Position numbers and translations under genes: made by a program. From a virus (lineage: Duplodnaviria; Caudoviricetes): DNA of 64,000 nucleotides. How positions within the stretch are numbered: the first letter of the stretch is position 1; each line of letters begins with the position of its first letter. Of this stretch, positions 19,770 to 30,267 are shown in pieces. The stretch lies in IMG/VR virus record IMGVR_UViG_3300023174_005626, positions 32,001-96,000 of that record. One strand, 5' to 3'. Under the pieces are notes generated by a model, which searched no databases, had not been told where the DNA came from, and saw only the letters and a list, made by a program, of their open reading frames with translations.

Positions 19770-20894
19770 ATGGCAGCAATACCAGAACCAGAAAGGTCAA
19801 AAATTTATACGAGAATTAAACACCAATTAGGTGCGCCCTTAAGAAGTGTAGAACTTGAGGACGAAATGTTAGACTCATTGATGGAATTAGCAATTGGGGA
19901 TTATGAAGAATATATCCTACAATGGTTAATTGATTCTCAATGGGTTAACCTTGTTAATTTAAACATGAATGAAAGGTCTGTTGCGAGAGCCCTTGTTACA
20001 AGAACAATGGATTTTGAACAACAATTTTCATATTCATATTCTAAAATTGTGGGTCTTCAAACTGAAGGTCCTTGGGTTTTAAAGAAAGATTATTTTATTC
20101 TTGAAAAGAATGTTCAAACATACGAAATTCCTGCTGGTAGAGAAGTAAACGAATTATTATGGTTTTCAGACCAAGCTTGGACTGCATTTGGAATTGGTGG
20201 TATGGGTGGATTTGGTGGTGGTATTGGATTAGGTGCAGACCAACCTGGATTTGCTCAGATGGGTAATACGGGTTCTTATTTTATGATGTCAGGTTTTGAT
20301 TATCTAATTAGAATGCAAGAAGCCAATATTCTTAGTAGAATCTTAGGTGGTTCGTTAACATATAGAATAACAGGACTACCTGACGGTAAAAAATTAATTC
20401 ACTTGATGAATACTCCTGGTGGTAAATTTAACTGGTCAAGTTATAGTCAATACGTGGGTAAAGCTGTTTGGTATTGGTATTACGATGTAGAACCTGATAG
20501 TAGAGCCGATTGTTTGAAAAACAATCCCGACATTATTAAATTACCAACAGATGTACCTATTGAGGAATTGACTTGGACTGATTTAAATGTTCCTGGTCAA
20601 CAATGGGTTAGAAGATGGTTCACCGCTTACTGTAAAGAAACTTTAGCAAGAGTTAGAGGAAAATACAGTGGTAACCTTAAAACGCCTGATTCTGAAATTG
20701 TTATGGATTACCAAAGTTTATTAACCGAGGCTAAAGATGAAAAGTCAAAACTTATTGAAGAATTAACAGGTGCTGAAGGTTGGTTAACCAGAATGAGACC
20801 TGACAAAGTTATGGAAAGAGAAGCATTAATTGCTGAAAACCTAAATAAACAAATGAAGTTCAGAGCAATGCCTCGTCAAATTTACGTAATATAA
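19770..20894 (+). CDS. Neck/head-tail adaptor protein (gp13-like)
   Basis: RIKHQLGAPLRSVELEDEML; C-terminal WVRRWFTAYCKETLARVRGKYSG..EAKDEK..L. Confidence 0.8.
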   Translation: MAAIPEPERSKIYTRIKHQLGAPLRSVELEDEMLDSLMELAIGDYEEYILQWLIDSQWVNLVNLNMNERSVARALVTRTMDFEQQFSYSYSKIVGLQTEGPWVLKKDYFILEKNVQTYEIPAGREVNELLWFSDQAWTAFGIGGMGGFGGGIGLGADQPGFAQMGNTGSYFMMSGFDYLIRMQEANILSRILGGSLTYRITGLPDGKKLIHLMNTPGGKFNWSSYSQYVGKAVWYWYYDVEPDSRADCLKNNPDIIKLPTDVPIEELTWTDLNVPGQQWVRRWFTAYCKETLARVRGKYSGNLKTPDSEIVMDYQSLLTEAKDEKSKLIEELTGAEGWLTRMRPDKVMEREALIAENLNKQMKFRAMPRQIYVI

Positions 20895-21229
20895 TGGCAA
20901 TAATTAAGACAGTACCAGTAAGAAAATTTATCAATGGTCATCAAATAGAAACATCTGAAATTACATTAGTTTCAGAATTAGATTATCGTACCAATGGTGA
21001 AGACTGTTGTATCATTAGAGGTGTTGTACAATCATTCGTAACATTAGATTCAAGAACATCTGACCACATTACCGTAAAGGCAATGACTCACCTAACAATC
21101 AGACCTGATGTTGGAAAGATTGATGAAGAATACGATGAGATTGTTGCAGACAAATTCGCTTGTATTGAATTCAGATTTGTTGGTGGAAACTGGTATATCT
21201 TATCTTCAGACGGTCTGAAGCAATCCTAA
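20894..21229 (+). CDS. Small virion-associated protein
   Basis: 111 aa, beta-rich, ending FVGGNWYILSS; coupled to the neck gene. Confidence 0.5.
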   Translation: MAIIKTVPVRKFINGHQIETSEITLVSELDYRTNGEDCCIIRGVVQSFVTLDSRTSDHITVKAMTHLTIRPDVGKIDEEYDEIVADKFACIEFRFVGGNWYILSSDGLKQS

Positions 21230-23995
21230 CTTTTCCTTCCAATTTTCTTCTGCTAAATCATACATATAATCAGCCTTAAGACCACGTCTTTCCCAATAAT
21301 TTAATTCTTGTTCGGTAATATCCAAAACATCTTTTTGTAAATCATCTTGGTCACCTTCACCTAACGGATGTCCATTAATTAATTCACACTGAGCTGTTGT
21401 AAAGATTCCCCTTTGTTCAGGGTCAGCAACAATTAACCCATTTCTAACTTCGTCTTGGAACACAACCATCAAAGGTTCAATTCTTTTATTGAATGTTGAT
21501 ACCGCTCTTGGTACATTATAGTCACCCGTTAAATCAGGGTCGTTCTCTAAAATATCTTTATCCAACATATAACAGTTAACCATAACCCCATCTGTAATTG
21601 GTTTTGCCTTAGGGTTATTAAATATGTTCACTGCGTTCGTATCTTTAATTTGTTTAACTGTCATCTTTTGGACATCCCCTTGTGATGCCTTTGTTCCGTT
21701 ATTAACATACATGATTACATCACCCAAGTTAACACTCAAACCGTCTTGTATTGCAAGTTCCATATGAGCCATACGAGACATACTATTACCCGATTTAGTC
21801 TTAGTTGTTAATCTTTTCTTATATTCATCAAGAGTTAGTTTAACCTTCGCTCTTTGTGCAATCTTACTTAATGGAACCTTCTTATCAAATATTTTTTGTA
21901 GATACTCGTAGTAATATTCAACAAACGCCTTACCATCGCCTTGTAATAACATCTTAATTCCTTTATCCAAGAATTCCTCAATATATAATGGTAACTTTTT
22001 AGACTTAATAGAATTGCCAGTCAACTTTATCTTTCCTTTGGCATCCATTACAGCGTAATTTTTTCTGGCAAGATTTATACATGACGGCCAAACCCCATCG
22101 GTATCAAGTGCCATTTCTCCTCTCATGAATATATCATTGTATTCTGCCACGTCAGCCTCAGGTCCATAATACTCCTTACCTTCTTTAACCTTCCAATTCA
22201 AACCACGACCAACATACACACGGTCTTTTGCTTCAGGTGGGGTTGAGAAGTTCACACCATCCGTATCCATAACCAATGGAACATATCCTTTTGTCATAAA
22301 GAATCTAATCATCTGACGAAGATATTGTCTACCTGTACAGGTGATTTGTTCTCCCATATACATGTCACCCCAAGCATAAACCTGAGGAGCTGACAACGCA
22401 CCGAACATTGAGTTAATGAAAATCTTAATCGGTAATTGTTTGTTACCATATGTTGCAGACTTCTTTGGGTCGGTTGTATAAAATTTTTCAGCGAGTTCTT
22501 TGTATTTGATACGGGTATTACGGAAATAACTTAACATTCCTTTCATTGCACCTGTAACATCACAGTCGGGGAATACATCGTGAACCAATTGAATAGATGG
22601 ATATAGTGAACTAAAGTCCAACTTAAGTACGTCCTTGGAATATCCAACCTTCAATAATCTTGATAATCCACCAACGAAATCAGTCTTGGCTTCTTTTGCA
22701 GGAATTGCTAACCCATGTTTGTATGACCAAGCCAACATCAACATCTTCCATAATGTTGCGGTACCCATTGTGGACACTCTCTCATATGTTGTTGGAATCA
22801 TTGCTGCAAGTAGAAATGAACCTTGGTTAAACTCCGTATCAACCTTTAATGTTTCATCCAAGTCATCGTCAAGATATCTCTCAACAAGGTTATCGCCAGT
22901 AGTTTTTATATATACTCCAGGAAACTTAACATCTAAGTCTTGGTATTCTGACGCCTTCTTATATTTTCCATTCTGAACATTTAACCAATACTCCTCTTTG
23001 TTAATATACATTTTGCCAATACTCTCATGGTCAATGTAAACACGGTCAGGAGCTTCAGCATTAATAAACTTGGTAATATATTTCAAACCCGCAGCTTTAA
23101 TACTTGAGTTAATTGCCTGTGCTCTACGAACAGCATGAATAATATCAATTACATTGTAACCCCAAATAGATGTCTGAACATATTCTTCCACCTCATTTGC
23201 AAGTTTTAACATACTGTCCTTTCTTGTGAATGAATGTTGGGGGTGTAATGAACGACAAGCCTTTTTTGGGTCAACACCTAAAATTTTACATCTTTCAAAT
23301 ATCCAATGCCAGTCAAAGTTTGCTGAATTATATCCACCAATAATACTTGGTTTGAGGTCATCTATAACTTTAAAGAACTCAATGATAGAATTCTTCTCCT
23401 GAGACTCATCAAGACACTCAATGACTCTGTGGTATCCTTTATTAGTCTTTATTCCAATCATGAAAATACGACCATCTTTAGGGTCAAGAGCAGTAGTTTC
23501 CAAGTCAAATACAAGTCGGGTGACTTGTTCGTAGTCTTCAAAACCTTTAAATAATCTTTTTTCTTTTGAAATTAAGTATTGTTCTACAGGAGGTAGAATC
23601 ATTATCTTATCCTTTGACTTATCTCCCCAAGGGTCACAACCACCATCTCTAAAGAACTGAATAAGTTCTCTATAACCTTTAAGTGATTTAACCATATATG
23701 TAAGACCTTTTTCAAGTCTTTCATTATCTTTTGTTTCTAATTTATCAATCATGATTCCGTACTTAGTCATAGCCTCTTTTTGTGCGGCTTTGGAATCACC
23801 ATAAAACTTTAATCCGCGCAAATCACCGACCCACGCAAACGGAATAAACGTATCCTTACGGATTTCTTTTCCTTTACCAGGTGCTTCTTTAATTTTGTAA
23901 ATTGAGTTGGATGCGTAGTCAAATTCTATTGCGACTATAAATTCTTCAGGGTCGTTACCATGTAGGAACGATTCTATCTCTTCGTTAGATATCAT
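21206..23995 (-). CDS. polB: Family B DNA polymerase
   Basis: Exonuclease motifs FDLETT and GYNSANFDW; polymerase motifs LDFSSLYPS, KIFINSMFG, MDTDG. Confidence 0.95.
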   Translation of the reverse strand: MISNEEIESFLHGNDPEEFIVAIEFDYASNSIYKIKEAPGKGKEIRKDTFIPFAWVGDLRGLKFYGDSKAAQKEAMTKYGIMIDKLETKDNERLEKGLTYMVKSLKGYRELIQFFRDGGCDPWGDKSKDKIMILPPVEQYLISKEKRLFKGFEDYEQVTRLVFDLETTALDPKDGRIFMIGIKTNKGYHRVIECLDESQEKNSIIEFFKVIDDLKPSIIGGYNSANFDWHWIFERCKILGVDPKKACRSLHPQHSFTRKDSMLKLANEVEEYVQTSIWGYNVIDIIHAVRRAQAINSSIKAAGLKYITKFINAEAPDRVYIDHESIGKMYINKEEYWLNVQNGKYKKASEYQDLDVKFPGVYIKTTGDNLVERYLDDDLDETLKVDTEFNQGSFLLAAMIPTTYERVSTMGTATLWKMLMLAWSYKHGLAIPAKEAKTDFVGGLSRLLKVGYSKDVLKLDFSSLYPSIQLVHDVFPDCDVTGAMKGMLSYFRNTRIKYKELAEKFYTTDPKKSATYGNKQLPIKIFINSMFGALSAPQVYAWGDMYMGEQITCTGRQYLRQMIRFFMTKGYVPLVMDTDGVNFSTPPEAKDRVYVGRGLNWKVKEGKEYYGPEADVAEYNDIFMRGEMALDTDGVWPSCINLARKNYAVMDAKGKIKLTGNSIKSKKLPLYIEEFLDKGIKMLLQGDGKAFVEYYYEYLQKIFDKKVPLSKIAQRAKVKLTLDEYKKRLTTKTKSGNSMSRMAHMELAIQDGLSVNLGDVIMYVNNGTKASQGDVQKMTVKQIKDTNAVNIFNNPKAKPITDGVMVNCYMLDKDILENDPDLTGDYNVPRAVSTFNKRIEPLMVVFQDEVRNGLIVADPEQRGIFTTAQCELINGHPLGEGDQDDLQKDVLDITEQELNYWERRGLKADYMYDLAEENWKEKLGLLQTV

Positions 23996-24006
23996 AATAT
24001 ATTTTT

Positions 24007-24060
24007 TAGAGTGGTCTATTAGCTTTCACAATATGTGAAATTTACCTTCCTCTATAAATA
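24007..24060 (-). promoter_or_regulatory. Structured 5' leader of the DNA polymerase gene with an upstream TATTTAT
   Basis: Nested inverted repeats TAGAG/CTCTA, GGT/ACC and TTTCACA/TGTGAAA; TATTTAT at 24054-24060. Confidence 0.45.
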
Positions 24061-24085
24061 TAAAAAATCTTGTGAATTAATCAAA

Positions 24086-24463
24086 TTAACAACAAGCAGT
24101 TTCAGAAATAAAACTATCTTGAATATTAACATAAAGTTCTTCTCTGATTGGTAAAATTAAATTTCCCTCGTCATTCTTAATTAAAAATTGACCTTGGTAT
24201 CTACCAACAGTATCCGTATCGTATTTTGTAAATTTAAAATAGATATAATATTCTGTGGATGCGCCTTCAGGTAAAATTAAACTAACAATTTCACATGGAG
24301 CAGAAACTATCTTAGGTATACCTGTTTCTACGTTAATCATAGAAAAATAAATTGAGGACACTTCAAGTGCCTGCATCAACTCAAGATACCCAGCTCTACC
24401 GTCTTTAACAACCTGCATTTTTAAAACAGGTAACGTTGCATTCTTTTTGATAAAAAATTCCAT
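24086..24463 (-). CDS. BppU-like Ig-fold virion protein
   Basis: MEFFIKKNATLP..YFKFTKYDTDTVGRYQGQF..LPIREELYVNI; start reassigned to the ATG at 24463, behind a TATTTAT. Confidence 0.55.
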   Translation of the reverse strand: MEFFIKKNATLPVLKMQVVKDGRAGYLELMQALEVSSIYFSMINVETGIPKIVSAPCEIVSLILPEGASTEYYIYFKFTKYDTDTVGRYQGQFLIKNDEGNLILPIREELYVNIQDSFISETACC

Positions 24464-24479
24464 AACAATAAATATATTG

Positions 24480-26156
24480 TTATGACTCTTTACGAAGGTC
24501 TCCGCTATAATGTTCAAATCTATTATGCTCAGTTGGTGTTGCCAACAATAAACCAGGATAAAGTTCATCCTTTTTTATTAGCTGATACATATGACTCATC
24601 CAAGTTTGTTCAAACGGATGTGCCCATGTTACGTCTAAGAACATTTTTTTATTTCCTGGTCTGCTAACAAGTTGAGGCCAGTTACAATAATAAACATCAC
24701 CCATAGTATATGGTAATCCTTTATGACTTAAAACATGAGTATATACTGATTTTGGTGCATTTGGGTCTAATCCTTGGACAGGTAATCTATTTTTACCAGG
24801 CCAAAATTGTTCTCTAATGTGTTGAGGTACATTATACCAAGCCCATTGAGTTCCATTATCCCCATAAAATTCTGAATAATTAAGTTTTAAGAAATCAAAA
24901 TTTTCTTTCTTCATAACTTCTAACGACTTAGTATAAAGATTTGGAATATATCTATTAAACCCATTTCTGCAAACAGCTCCTTCATTTGGAAAAAAGAACA
25001 TGTCATCTTCAAAAAATAAGTAATAATCTAATTCAGTTGCGTCAAAATGTTCTGCAATAAACTGTCTTCCTCCACATATCCCTAAATTATCTTTCTTTAT
25101 ATGTGTAAAATTATGTTGATTACAAAGTGAGGCATATTCATCAAAAGTTGATTCGTCAGAAGAGTTATCTAATAAAAACTTTTCAGTCTTAAGTAAGTAA
25201 TCTTTGTCGTATTCAGTCATTGATTTAATCAACGTTCTGAATTGATTTGGACTATTAAAAGTAATAACATACAATCCAACTTTAGATGTGTCTAAATTAT
25301 TAACAGATTCAACTACTTTAGCCTCGTTCTTTAGTTTTAAATTATCGTTTTTTAAGTCCTCAAAGAATTTTCCAACTAATCCATTACCCTCAATTTCAAA
25401 ATAATTTATTAAATCAGAATGTTTATAACACATAATACTGAAAATAGATTCTTCAGTACCCATATAACCTTCTTCTAATGTTGTTTTTAATAATGAATAA
25501 TAAATTCCATTAATATCACCAATAGAGTCTTTAGGTCCACCAAAAAACCCACCTCTAGCAACTTTAGTTACTTTATCTCCAGCAATTGAATTTAACTTAT
25601 TATATTCAAAACCATGAATTTCGGTTTCAGCCGCATAAGGAAAACAAATAAATGAAAACTTAGAAATGTATTTTGGTAACTTATCTAAAACTTTATCGTG
25701 TGTAAAATAACCAGGATGAACAGTATTTGTTAATCCACCATCAATCCAAAAAAGATATTCTGAATTAAATTGGTCCATAATCTTAGCGTCATTTAATAAA
25801 AACACTTTAGACATAACCAATGGATTATAGTTTTCTAATCTTGCTTGTGTTGAATCTTTTAACCAACCAGATAAATTAGACCAACTTTCGTTGTTTCTAA
25901 TCTTCTGAATCATGTCAAAAAATTCGTTTTCTCTGAACCAACTCAAAGGTCTCGTAATAAACTGAGTATTATCTTTTGACCTTCTTTCAAAAACAAAATC
26001 TTTAAGTTCTTCATCACCAAAAATAATCATATTGGCATCAACACCTAATAATGAACTAAATTTGTCCAAATAATGTTGATAAGTTCTTGACCATCCTTCA
26101 GTTAGTTCATCTCTACCAATGTTCCATATCCCTGTTACTAATGTTATCTTACTCAT
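24480..26156 (-). CDS. HtrL/YibB (WlaTC)-like glycosyltransferase fused to a GT-A domain
   Basis: ITLVTGIWNIGR, YLFWIDGG, ARGGFFGG, TEESIF; the second domain has GICGGRQ..FFEDD. Confidence 0.65.
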   Translation of the reverse strand: MSKITLVTGIWNIGRDELTEGWSRTYQHYLDKFSSLLGVDANMIIFGDEELKDFVFERRSKDNTQFITRPLSWFRENEFFDMIQKIRNNESWSNLSGWLKDSTQARLENYNPLVMSKVFLLNDAKIMDQFNSEYLFWIDGGLTNTVHPGYFTHDKVLDKLPKYISKFSFICFPYAAETEIHGFEYNKLNSIAGDKVTKVARGGFFGGPKDSIGDINGIYYSLLKTTLEEGYMGTEESIFSIMCYKHSDLINYFEIEGNGLVGKFFEDLKNDNLKLKNEAKVVESVNNLDTSKVGLYVITFNSPNQFRTLIKSMTEYDKDYLLKTEKFLLDNSSDESTFDEYASLCNQHNFTHIKKDNLGICGGRQFIAEHFDATELDYYLFFEDDMFFFPNEGAVCRNGFNRYIPNLYTKSLEVMKKENFDFLKLNYSEFYGDNGTQWAWYNVPQHIREQFWPGKNRLPVQGLDPNAPKSVYTHVLSHKGLPYTMGDVYYCNWPQLVSRPGNKKMFLDVTWAHPFEQTWMSHMYQLIKKDELYPGLLLATPTEHNRFEHYSGDLRKES

Positions 26157-27033
26157 AAATTCTATTAAATTCTTCTAATATTTTAAAAAAGCTTTTATTT
26201 TTTTGGAACAACTCATCTGATGTTCCTTGAGGTGCATTATCTCTACACCACCATATATCAAAATGTTTTCTATAAAATAAATCTTGGTGGTTAAAATACA
26301 TCAAAGTCATAATTTGTTCCTCATGAGGTAACCCATTATCATTACCCAAAACACTTTGGGCATAATTTTCAAAAGTTGTTACTACGTTATCCCATTTATC
26401 TCTATGACCTCCAAACATTCCACCTATGATATGAATACTTCTATCATAGTTAACATACCATTTCGGGTCTACAGTTCCTGACCAATAATTTCTATCATTT
26501 TCTTTACCAAATAACAAAAATTTATCTCCAGTGTCTTCAATAACATTTTTTAAGAAATTATTATTAAAAAGATTACTTTCGTAAAACCTTTTCATTGAAT
26601 GGTGTTGTTCGTCAAGATATTTTAAAGGAATAAGTCCACAATGGGATAATCCCGCATCAACCCAATAATAGTTGTCATAAGATTTATCTTCATTCCACCA
26701 CCAACTAAATTTAGAATATTGAATTTCAATACATCTATCTCCTCTTTTAATGTCCTCAACATTCTTTCTTGAATTGATTAAATCTTTAAATTTACAATTC
26801 TCAAGGTCAAAAACTTGGAATTTTAATTGATTCTCAGATATATTATTTTGGGAATAAAAAAATTCTTTTAAGGATTCAATTTCTCTGTCTGATGTATAAC
26901 AAAGAAAATCCGCATCAGTCATTTTAAGTAATGAAAGAAGACTATATCTATAATGTGAACCTCTGTTAGGTCTTCCACCTAATTCGGTTCCATTTAAATC
27001 ACTATAAATTGCGGTAATTATTTTAGTTGACAT
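26149..27033 (-). CDS. HtrL-like glycosyltransferase
   Basis: IITAIY, YYWVDAGL, IIGGMFGG, EEQIMT; paralogous to the N-terminal half of the neighbouring gene. Confidence 0.6.
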   Translation of the reverse strand: MSTKIITAIYSDLNGTELGGRPNRGSHYRYSLLSLLKMTDADFLCYTSDREIESLKEFFYSQNNISENQLKFQVFDLENCKFKDLINSRKNVEDIKRGDRCIEIQYSKFSWWWNEDKSYDNYYWVDAGLSHCGLIPLKYLDEQHHSMKRFYESNLFNNNFLKNVIEDTGDKFLLFGKENDRNYWSGTVDPKWYVNYDRSIHIIGGMFGGHRDKWDNVVTTFENYAQSVLGNDNGLPHEEQIMTLMYFNHQDLFYRKHFDIWWCRDNAPQGTSDELFQKNKSFFKILEEFNRIYE

Positions 27034-27766
27034 TATATGGTAAGTGTTGTTTTTGAATTTTTATTTTTTTGTTTTCACTTTCATTTAAATATTGTCCAGG
27101 AATTTTAATTGGAGAATACTGATTCCAATTATATGTTTGAGTATAGAAATTATTGTACATACCATGAGACACGTCAGAATAAGAATTTTTTTGTGGAGCA
27201 ATTGGTAATACAGGTGCAAAACATTGTACAACAGGGTAAACATGTTTAACCAATTGTTCATCAATAGGAAGAACATAATCTCCACTTTGGAAAGCATATT
27301 CTTTAATATTTTCTACAAGTTGGAATGATGACACATCATAGATAAGAATATTTGTTGCAAATGTTTCAGTTAATCTATCATGTGGTTTTGGTGGTAAATT
27401 AGTTAAGTCTAACAACATGTTATACTTTTCACTAATATTCATTGGTCTGTTTAAAGTTGGTGCCAAATTCATAACACCAAACTCAATACCATCAATTTGT
27501 TTTTCCAAATCTTCAATAAATGATTTTGAATATGGCATCACATCACAATCATCTTCTATAACCATTACACGTTTATACCCTCTTTCTTTAGCAATATTTA
27601 TAATTCCTAAATGAGAAAGGGTACAACCCATATAACTATTCCTATTAACAGCACTGAATACCTCGTAATCCCAACCAATATAATCCAATTCAAATTTAAT
27701 ATCCTCTAATCTATCTGGTCTTGTTTCTAAGTTGACTACAAACTTTGGTAATTCATTAAATTTCAT
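27023..27766 (-). CDS. Glycosyltransferase family 25
   Basis: FVVNLETRPDR, GCTLSH, VMVIEDD, PIDE. Confidence 0.85.
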   Translation of the reverse strand: MKFNELPKFVVNLETRPDRLEDIKFELDYIGWDYEVFSAVNRNSYMGCTLSHLGIINIAKERGYKRVMVIEDDCDVMPYSKSFIEDLEKQIDGIEFGVMNLAPTLNRPMNISEKYNMLLDLTNLPPKPHDRLTETFATNILIYDVSSFQLVENIKEYAFQSGDYVLPIDEQLVKHVYPVVQCFAPVLPIAPQKNSYSDVSHGMYNNFYTQTYNWNQYSPIKIPGQYLNESENKKIKIQKQHLPYNVN

Positions 27767-29034
27767 TAACTAACAACATTATGATTTAGTTGACCTGTTA
27801 ATCTATCACACCAACCTTTTGATTCTGAGTGTGGCCAAACAACCCAGTATGATGGTAATTCTGTTGTTTGGAACTCTCTCCAAACTTTACAATAACCATC
27901 AGGGTCTCTCATGAAACCAGCAATTTCGTTTTTATCTGCATCCTTTCTAAATAAAGTCTCATCTTTTGCATTATGGAATGCCACAACCCAAAAGTCATAA
28001 TCTTTTTCGGGAACACTTGAATAACCAACATCAATACAATGTTTGTATATTGTTGCAAAACTATCCATCCATTCTTCTTCTGTTTCAAAGTTATATGGAC
28101 TTGGTGGATATTGTTTGTCTAAACAATGTTTGTCAATTGCTCTTCTTTCAAACAATAAGCCAGAATATTTTTCATAATCTCTTAAAGTTCTAACAGTGCC
28201 AAATCCAAATGGTCCATCATGACCTTCTTGAACTTCACCATCCATACCAAATAATTTTCTATTAGTTAAATGAGAAACTCTATTTTTTTCTCCCCAAGTC
28301 TTATCATCATCCCATTGTTTTGTTCTACCCTTACGAGTGTACTCATGGTAAACTACAGGAACATGTGGGTGGAATAAATCATAACCCCATGTATAAGCTC
28401 TTGCCGCAATTGAAATCTCTTCTCCGTGGAAATAGTATTCAGGGTTGTGTTGAACTTCTACTGAAAACTCACCTAATGTAAAACAGAAGTGAGCAGAATA
28501 AAATCTTGCTGTTACAGGTTTTGTCATTTCTCTCCAACCTGGAATTGTTTCAGGTAAGAAGAATACAGCACCTTCAGGAATAAATCTATCAAATGCCATT
28601 CTCCAAGCATCTTGTGCTCTACCTGCAGGGTCATTGTCAGGGTCAAAAGATGGGACATAACCCGTAAGTAGAGGTTTCTTGTACCCATCCTTTTGTAACC
28701 CCTTTATCATTTTGATAAGAACATCATCCCAATCTTTAATGAATCTCATGTGAGAATCAATTTGAAGGGTATATGTTTCACCATCATAAAGTTGTTGTGT
28801 TAGGTTTCTGGCCCAACAAACTCCTTTGGCGTCTTGATATGGGATATCTAAGATTTTAAATCTTTTATCGGTTCTGAATTCATCTAAGTTATCAAAACCA
28901 TCTGTTTCGCTAAATTGTCTTGCGATTGCAAAAACCAAATTTTTAGGTTTCTTAGCGTTGGCAATCATATCTTTTAACGTTGGGATTAATTGTGGGTCCC
29001 TGTAGGATGCGATTTGAATAAAAATTTTGCTCAT
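27766..29034 (-). CDS. GT60-type polypeptide/hydroxyproline N-acetylglucosaminyltransferase
   Basis: IFIQIASYRDP, AKGVCWAR, LQIDSHMRF (DxH), YFHGEEISIAARAYTWGYDLFHP, VYHEY. Confidence 0.85.
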   Translation of the reverse strand: MSKIFIQIASYRDPQLIPTLKDMIANAKKPKNLVFAIARQFSETDGFDNLDEFRTDKRFKILDIPYQDAKGVCWARNLTQQLYDGETYTLQIDSHMRFIKDWDDVLIKMIKGLQKDGYKKPLLTGYVPSFDPDNDPAGRAQDAWRMAFDRFIPEGAVFFLPETIPGWREMTKPVTARFYSAHFCFTLGEFSVEVQHNPEYYFHGEEISIAARAYTWGYDLFHPHVPVVYHEYTRKGRTKQWDDDKTWGEKNRVSHLTNRKLFGMDGEVQEGHDGPFGFGTVRTLRDYEKYSGLLFERRAIDKHCLDKQYPPSPYNFETEEEWMDSFATIYKHCIDVGYSSVPEKDYDFWVVAFHNAKDETLFRKDADKNEIAGFMRDPDGYCKVWREFQTTELPSYWVVWPHSESKGWCDRLTGQLNHNVVS

Positions 29035-29051
29035 TTATAGTATTTTGTCTT

Positions 29052-29086
29052 AAAAATAAAAAACCCTCCACAAAAGTAGAGGGTTT
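29052..29086 (-). terminator. Intrinsic terminator between the mucin-like genes and GT60
   Basis: AAACCCTC/GAGGGTTT stem followed by a T run on the minus strand. Confidence 0.65.
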
Positions 29087-29109
29087 CTGAATATAATAAA
29101 TTATTATTT

Positions 29110-30186
29110 TTAACAACCTGATGGGTCGACAGCCGTAATCTGTCCAGAACCACCTGTAACTTCAAACACCGCAGTTCCATTTGAGTAGAAACCATTCATA
29201 ACTGGGGTAGTTAAACTTGAGTTGTAGTATAAGAATTCTGCAATGTTTGGACCAATTCCTCCTGCAACAGTTCCGTAGATTGTATTAGGAGCCCCACTGA
29301 AATCAATACAAGCTAAGTTTGCTGTACTACCTGTACCTAAAATATAGGTGTAATAACCAAATGTTGGTGTAGGAGATGGTGTGTTAGTTGGTGTCTTAGT
29401 CATTGTTGGTGTCATTGTTGGAGTTGGAGTTAACGTTACACATATTGTAACTGAACCTACAACATTTCCATTAGTATCTAATTGTGAAACATATCCACCA
29501 TTTTGAATAAATCCTGTCATATTAATTGTCGCATCTCCTGTTGAAATATTAGAGAATTGAGTACTTAAATCAAATTGTGAATTATTTCCGTAAACAGTTA
29601 CTGTTGGGTTATATCGTCCACAAGCTTCGTCATGAGTTGTTCCTGAGTAAACAGTAAATGCAACTTTAGAACGTGTTGGTGTTGGTGTTTGTGTTGGTGT
29701 GCACGTTGGTGTCACAGCAGCAGTTCCTGTTGGAGTGTTAGTTGGTGTTTGTGTTGTTGTGCACGTTGGTGTCACAGCAGCAGTTCCTGTTGGAGTGTTA
29801 GTTGGTGTTTTTGTGTTAGTTGGTGTCGGTGTCACAGCAGCAGTTCCTGTTGGAGTGTTAGTTGGTGTTCCTGTGTTAGTTGGTGTTTGAGTTTGAGTTG
29901 GTGTTTGAGTTTGAGTTACGCTTGGTGTTGGTGTATTTGTTGGTGTTAGTGTCGGTGTTGGAGTCGGAGTTGCAGTAGCATTTAATGGAGGGAAAGGTCC
30001 TTGATTAACTAAAAGTATCACATTTGAAAATGCAGTACTGTATGAGTTATTTATCAACCAAATGTTTTTAGTTTCACTTGGGTCCAAAGGAACTTGGTAT
30101 TCCCACATATTGTCATCACATCTTCTATAACTAAAATTTGCTATTGAAGTTCCTGTGTTCGTTAAAGTATATTTGCTACATGCCAT
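29110..30186 (-). CDS. Mucin-like (Thr-Pro repeat) modular virion protein
   Basis: About 100-aa TPT stalk plus a second TP linker separating three small Cys-containing beta domains; TATTTAT upstream at 30206-30212. Confidence 0.7.
   Translation of the reverse strand: MACSKYTLTNTGTSIANFSYRRCDDNMWEYQVPLDPSETKNIWLINNSYSTAFSNVILLVNQGPFPPLNATATPTPTPTLTPTNTPTPSVTQTQTPTQTQTPTNTGTPTNTPTGTAAVTPTPTNTKTPTNTPTGTAAVTPTCTTTQTPTNTPTGTAAVTPTCTPTQTPTPTRSKVAFTVYSGTTHDEACGRYNPTVTVYGNNSQFDLSTQFSNISTGDATINMTGFIQNGGYVSQLDTNGNVVGSVTICVTLTPTPTMTPTMTKTPTNTPSPTPTFGYYTYILGTGSTANLACIDFSGAPNTIYGTVAGGIGPNIAEFLYYNSSLTTPVMNGFYSNGTAVFEVTGGSGQITAVDPSGC
29701..29880. repeat. Three tandem 60-bp repeats encoding [14 protein letters not shown]
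   Basis: GGTGTCACAGCAGCAGTTCCTGTTGGAGTGTTAGTTGGTGTT recurs at an exact 60-nt period. Confidence 0.9.
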
Positions 30187-30267
30187 CTTATTTCTTATTT
30201 ATCTAATAAATACTAAGATTTTGGCTAATTTATTCAAGAAGAATAAAAAAATATTTTTTGTTAAAAG

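Noticed and set aside
21206-23995. Intein or intron in the DNA polymerase
   Set aside because: The ORF is continuous and normal-sized, with no splice-junction or homing endonuclease motifs.
24464-24568. Longer N-termini given by the ORF track for 24086-24568 (similarly 14199, 15951, 43233, 51147, 60049, 61196)
   Set aside because: The upstream non-ATG starts overlap neighbouring genes or promoters; the downstream ATGs fit the spacing and motifs better.
29701-29880. Regularly spaced repeats as a CRISPR array
   Set aside because: The 60-nt in-frame period lies within a CDS, the spacers are similar to each other, and no cas genes are present.
29689-29949. Plus-strand ORF with W/C/S repeats and the overlapping V/G-rich ORF
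   Set aside because: These are antisense shadows of the Thr-Pro codon repeats of the minus-strand gene.
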